A DNA stretch of 59,117 bases from Xylographa opegraphella (taxonomy: Eukaryota). The position numbers and the translations under genes are program-made. The number at the start of each line of letters is the position of its first letter. The first letter of the stretch is position 1. The notes under the pieces are model-generated. The model saw only the letters and a program-made list of their open reading frames with translations. It did no database searches and had not been told where the DNA came from. The DNA is taken from contig JALDZX010000061.1 in assembly GCA_022813865.1 (NCBI GenBank), forward strand, positions 62,001-121,117, read 5' to 3'. This document shows positions 56,212-59,117 of this stretch, piece by piece.

Positions 56212-57984
56212 ATGGCGACCATGGCTGACGAGCTGCTTAATGATTTTGCAGAAGGTTCAGACTCAGAAGGTGACGGCAACGAATTTCTGCACGATGCTAC
56301 CACGCCTAATACCGATGTGGATATGGAGGTCGAGGAGGAAGTCGACGGAAAGGAGAAATTATGTGGTGCCAATGAAGTAAAGGAAGAGAAAGCGTTGGAG
56401 GATACGGACCTACGAGGCTACGGGGATGTGAAAAATGTGGCGCATCTTATGGGAAAGCTGGAACCGGTCCTCCGACAGATCGAGCTCTATCAATTGCAAC
56501 CACCGAGCAAGACGACTGACGTGGGCTCGATTGAGGATAATCCGGAGTACCATCTCCTGACGCTGTCTAATACACTCTCAACCTTGATCGACAACGAAAT
56601 TATGCTTGTCCACAAATTCATTCGTGACCACTATTCTCCAAGGTTTTCGGCACTGGAGACTCTCATCACAAACCCTCTCGACTACACGAAGGCGGTTGCT
56701 ATTATAGGTAATGGGCCAATGGACAACATCAAGGAGATTGCGCAAAAGACGGACAATATAGTCGGAACGACCTTGAAGTCTATTCTGGATGGTCCTTCGT
56801 TGATGGTGGTGACAGTCGAGGGCACTACTTCTTCAGGGCGAGACCTATCACCATCGGAACTGAAGACAGTGATGGCAGCATGTGAGATGAACCTGTCTCT
56901 CGATCGAGCCAAGGAAGTCCTTACGGATTACGTGCAGTCCCGCATGAACCTCTTTGCACCAAACCTCACTGCTCTTATTGGCTCCTTGACCGCAGCCCAG
57001 CTTCTCAATTTCGCCGGCGGCCTCACCGGACTTGCGAAAACTCCAGCCTGCAATCTCTCCCCACTGGGTTCAAAGAAGCAGTCCCAAACAGGATTTGCTA
57101 CCAACGTTGGTGTTCGCCAGCAAGGCTTTCTCTACCACTCCCCCATCATCAGCAGCATTCCAAGCGATCTAAAGCGTCAAGCGATGCGCATCGTCTCTGC
57201 AAAAGTTATTCTCGCCGCACGCGTGGATCGCGTTCACAGCAGTCCCGATGGCTTTAATGGCGAGCAACTCAAGCAAGACTGTCTCGAGCGTCTCGACAAA
57301 CTTACAGAGCCGCCCCCTAATAAAGGCCCCCGCGCTCTACCAGCTCCAGATGATAAGCCCTCGCGCAAACGGGGCGGACGAAGAGCTCGCAAAGCCAAAG
57401 AAGCCACTGCTATGACCGACCTACGAAAAGCTCAGAACAGAATGGCGTTCGGTCAGGAAGAAAAGGAGGTCGGCTACGGTACTGGTGAAGGCACTAAAGG
57501 CCTTGGCATGATCGGACAAGCGAACGAGGGCCGCATTCGCAGCTTGCAGATCGACCAGCGCACCAAAGCGAAGCTCAATAAGAACAATAAGGGTTGGGGA
57601 GGTGCAACTCCGCTCGGCGGCACCGTCTCGAGTCTCCGCGGATTTGGACAAGGTGCTGGTAATGCGACAGTGCTACGAGCTCATGGTCTTCGAAGCAGTG
57701 GAGTCAGTGGATCAACCGCGGGCACGGCAAGTACCATTGCCTTCACATCGGTACAGGGTTTAGAGCTAGCAGATCCAAAGGCTATGAATGAGCTAAAGAG
57801 GAAGAGAGAGGCGGAGGAGAACAGGTATTTTGAGGGTGGGACGCATACACGTTTCGTAAGCGGGCAGAGCGTATTATCGAGTAAGAGCACAAATAGCGGT
57901 TTCAAGGTGCCGCAATTACCGGCAAGCGGGAAGACAGGTGCTATAATGGCGCCACCACAGTCGTTGCCGGTGAAGGAATCTTAA
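56212..57984 (+). CDS. PRP31: U4/U6 snRNP protein Prp31 (Nop domain, ~590 aa), intronless
   Basis: ATG at 56212 (MATMADELLNDF). GSIEDNPEY, VHKFIRDHYS.RF..LE.L, SRMNLFAPNLTALIG, GGLTGLAKTPACN, LAARVD, LPAPDDKPSRKRGGRRARKAKE, LRKAQNRMAFG, GTASTIAFT.VQGLEL. Confidence 0.95.
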   Translation: MATMADELLNDFAEGSDSEGDGNEFLHDATTPNTDVDMEVEEEVDGKEKLCGANEVKEEKALEDTDLRGYGDVKNVAHLMGKLEPVLRQIELYQLQPPSKTTDVGSIEDNPEYHLLTLSNTLSTLIDNEIMLVHKFIRDHYSPRFSALETLITNPLDYTKAVAIIGNGPMDNIKEIAQKTDNIVGTTLKSILDGPSLMVVTVEGTTSSGRDLSPSELKTVMAACEMNLSLDRAKEVLTDYVQSRMNLFAPNLTALIGSLTAAQLLNFAGGLTGLAKTPACNLSPLGSKKQSQTGFATNVGVRQQGFLYHSPIISSIPSDLKRQAMRIVSAKVILAARVDRVHSSPDGFNGEQLKQDCLERLDKLTEPPPNKGPRALPAPDDKPSRKRGGRRARKAKEATAMTDLRKAQNRMAFGQEEKEVGYGTGEGTKGLGMIGQANEGRIRSLQIDQRTKAKLNKNNKGWGGATPLGGTVSSLRGFGQGAGNATVLRAHGLRSSGVSGSTAGTASTIAFTSVQGLELADPKAMNELKRKREAEENRYFEGGTHTRFVSGQSVLSSKSTNSGFKVPQLPASGKTGAIMAPPQSLPVKES

Positions 57985-58661
57985 AAGTGGAAGTGGAACG
58001 TTTTGCGGACATAAATTTTGACTGCATAGCGATGGCGCCTTGGGCTAATAGAAGGACACGACGTGGTTGATGAATGGAGCCTGGAGGCATATACCCAGAT
58101 GCTCGAGCTGGAGCATCTCATAGATTTACAGAATACACAGATCTGTCCGGCGCCGTATGTTTTCCAAACAACTACTCAAGTCACCATTGGATCGTTAAGT
58201 ATTAGGGACATGAAACGCAGGTAATATATTGCCTTAAGCATAACGTTCGGGCGAGTCTGTAGACTTTACCGATAGAATAGGTTACTCGTATTAGTATGCC
58301 AGCACAGCGCGGTTGTAGACGATTCTGCGGATAATTTTGACCAAATGGTGCCAAAGCGATCATGAACGATGAAAAGCTAATCGACGATGCGGAAGCCGAG
58401 AAGACTGAAGTTTAACATGAAAGAAGAAGGTTGAAACAACCAGGTGATCCAGCGTAAGGTAAGGGGACCTCTCGCTAAGTATGCAGCGTTGTGGAGAGCC
58501 AAGACCCCCTTGGAGCTAAACCTGAATAGGAAAAAATAGTCCAGCGTAAGGCGGCCACCTGCTGAATATACAGCGTAGTATAATCACAGCCCAAAAAAAA
58601 TTTACATTTATAAAATTTAAATTTATAGCTTAATTTTCAACCCGTAATATAATATATATAT

Positions 58662-58838
58662 TGTTAATTGGTAGAAGCATCACTTGCTGGTAGGCATAAA
58701 GGAATACCTGAAGGCTAGTTCTATTTATGTATAGCGTAGTTCAGGACTAGCGTAGGAGGTATATGTCACGTTCTCGTGGCCTATACCGAACTTCACCGAA
58801 TATACGATTACTATTGCCCCCGCCCTGATCCAAATACA
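58662..58838. mobile_element. Solo LTR family C (177 bp)
   Basis: TG...CA-bounded GC-normal island in AT-rich block 3. Flanks TATAT (58657-58661) and CGTGC (58839-58843) are interconvertible purely by C>T/G>A, i.e. a RIP-mutated 5-bp TSD. Confidence 0.75.
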
Positions 58839-59019
58839 CGTGCTTTTTAATATATATTAATTATTTTTGATTTAACTTTATTAAAATTTAATTATTATTA
58901 ATTTAAGCGAAATTATTAAACCACTCGAGCGTTTGTAAATTCAAGATTAAAATTTGACATATATAAATATAATTATTAAATAACGTTAACAATATAATAA
59001 TATAAAATTTTTAATACGT

Positions 59020-59117
59020 TGTTACGGCTCGCTATCTCACCAGAAAAGCAGGCCTAGTGTTACGATCCTGCCTCTCACTAGTATAGTTCGATTAGGGATC
59101 TGGGTTGGATTCGTCAA
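59020..59117. mobile_element. Start of an LTR related to family B, possibly with a nested LTR at 59058 (truncated by window end)
   Basis: TGTTACGGCTC is identical to the start of 46254; a second TGTTACG occurs at 59058. GC-normal sequence abutting AT-rich DNA. Confidence 0.65.

Noticed and set aside
58448..58577. Short imperfect direct repeat TCCAGCGTAAGG...GCT.A.TAT.CAGCGT downstream of PRP31
   Set aside because: Only 12 bp exact, with no termini or TSD; insufficient to call an element.

Overview
Eukaryotic, intron-containing fungal genomic DNA. It is Pezizomycotina (GT..CTRAY..AG introns of ~50 nt, RIP-like AT-rich blocks); a lichen-forming/Lecanoromycetes-like source is only an inference. 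The first ~44 kb is a gene-dense housekeeping region: a partial conserved gene, a duplicated atypical zinc-finger gene, PRP39, PRP28, a secreted amidase, MRPL25, APE2-type M1 aminopeptidase, ATG1, SEC59, DPH6, the Seb1/MsnA C2H2 factor with a ~7 kb gene-free upstream region, a thioredoxin-PITH gene and a GPI-anchored protein. From 45.7 kb on, three RIP-degraded AT-rich blocks surround a kelch-like membrane protein gene and PRP31. These blocks hold intact short LTRs, a recognisable Ty3/Gypsy gag ghost, a TIR matching a nearby MITE and shared termini. The best candidate for an undescribed system is the 361-nt third intron of the U1 snRNP gene PRP39. It holds a cryptic cassette exon whose splice sites sit in a predicted stem, an exact 13-nt copy of the real exon-3/5' splice-site junction, and a hairpin ending in an ACA box, which together suggest a splicing-based autoregulatory sensor. 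Exon boundaries were read by eye from splice signals and checked for frame continuity; no database search was run.
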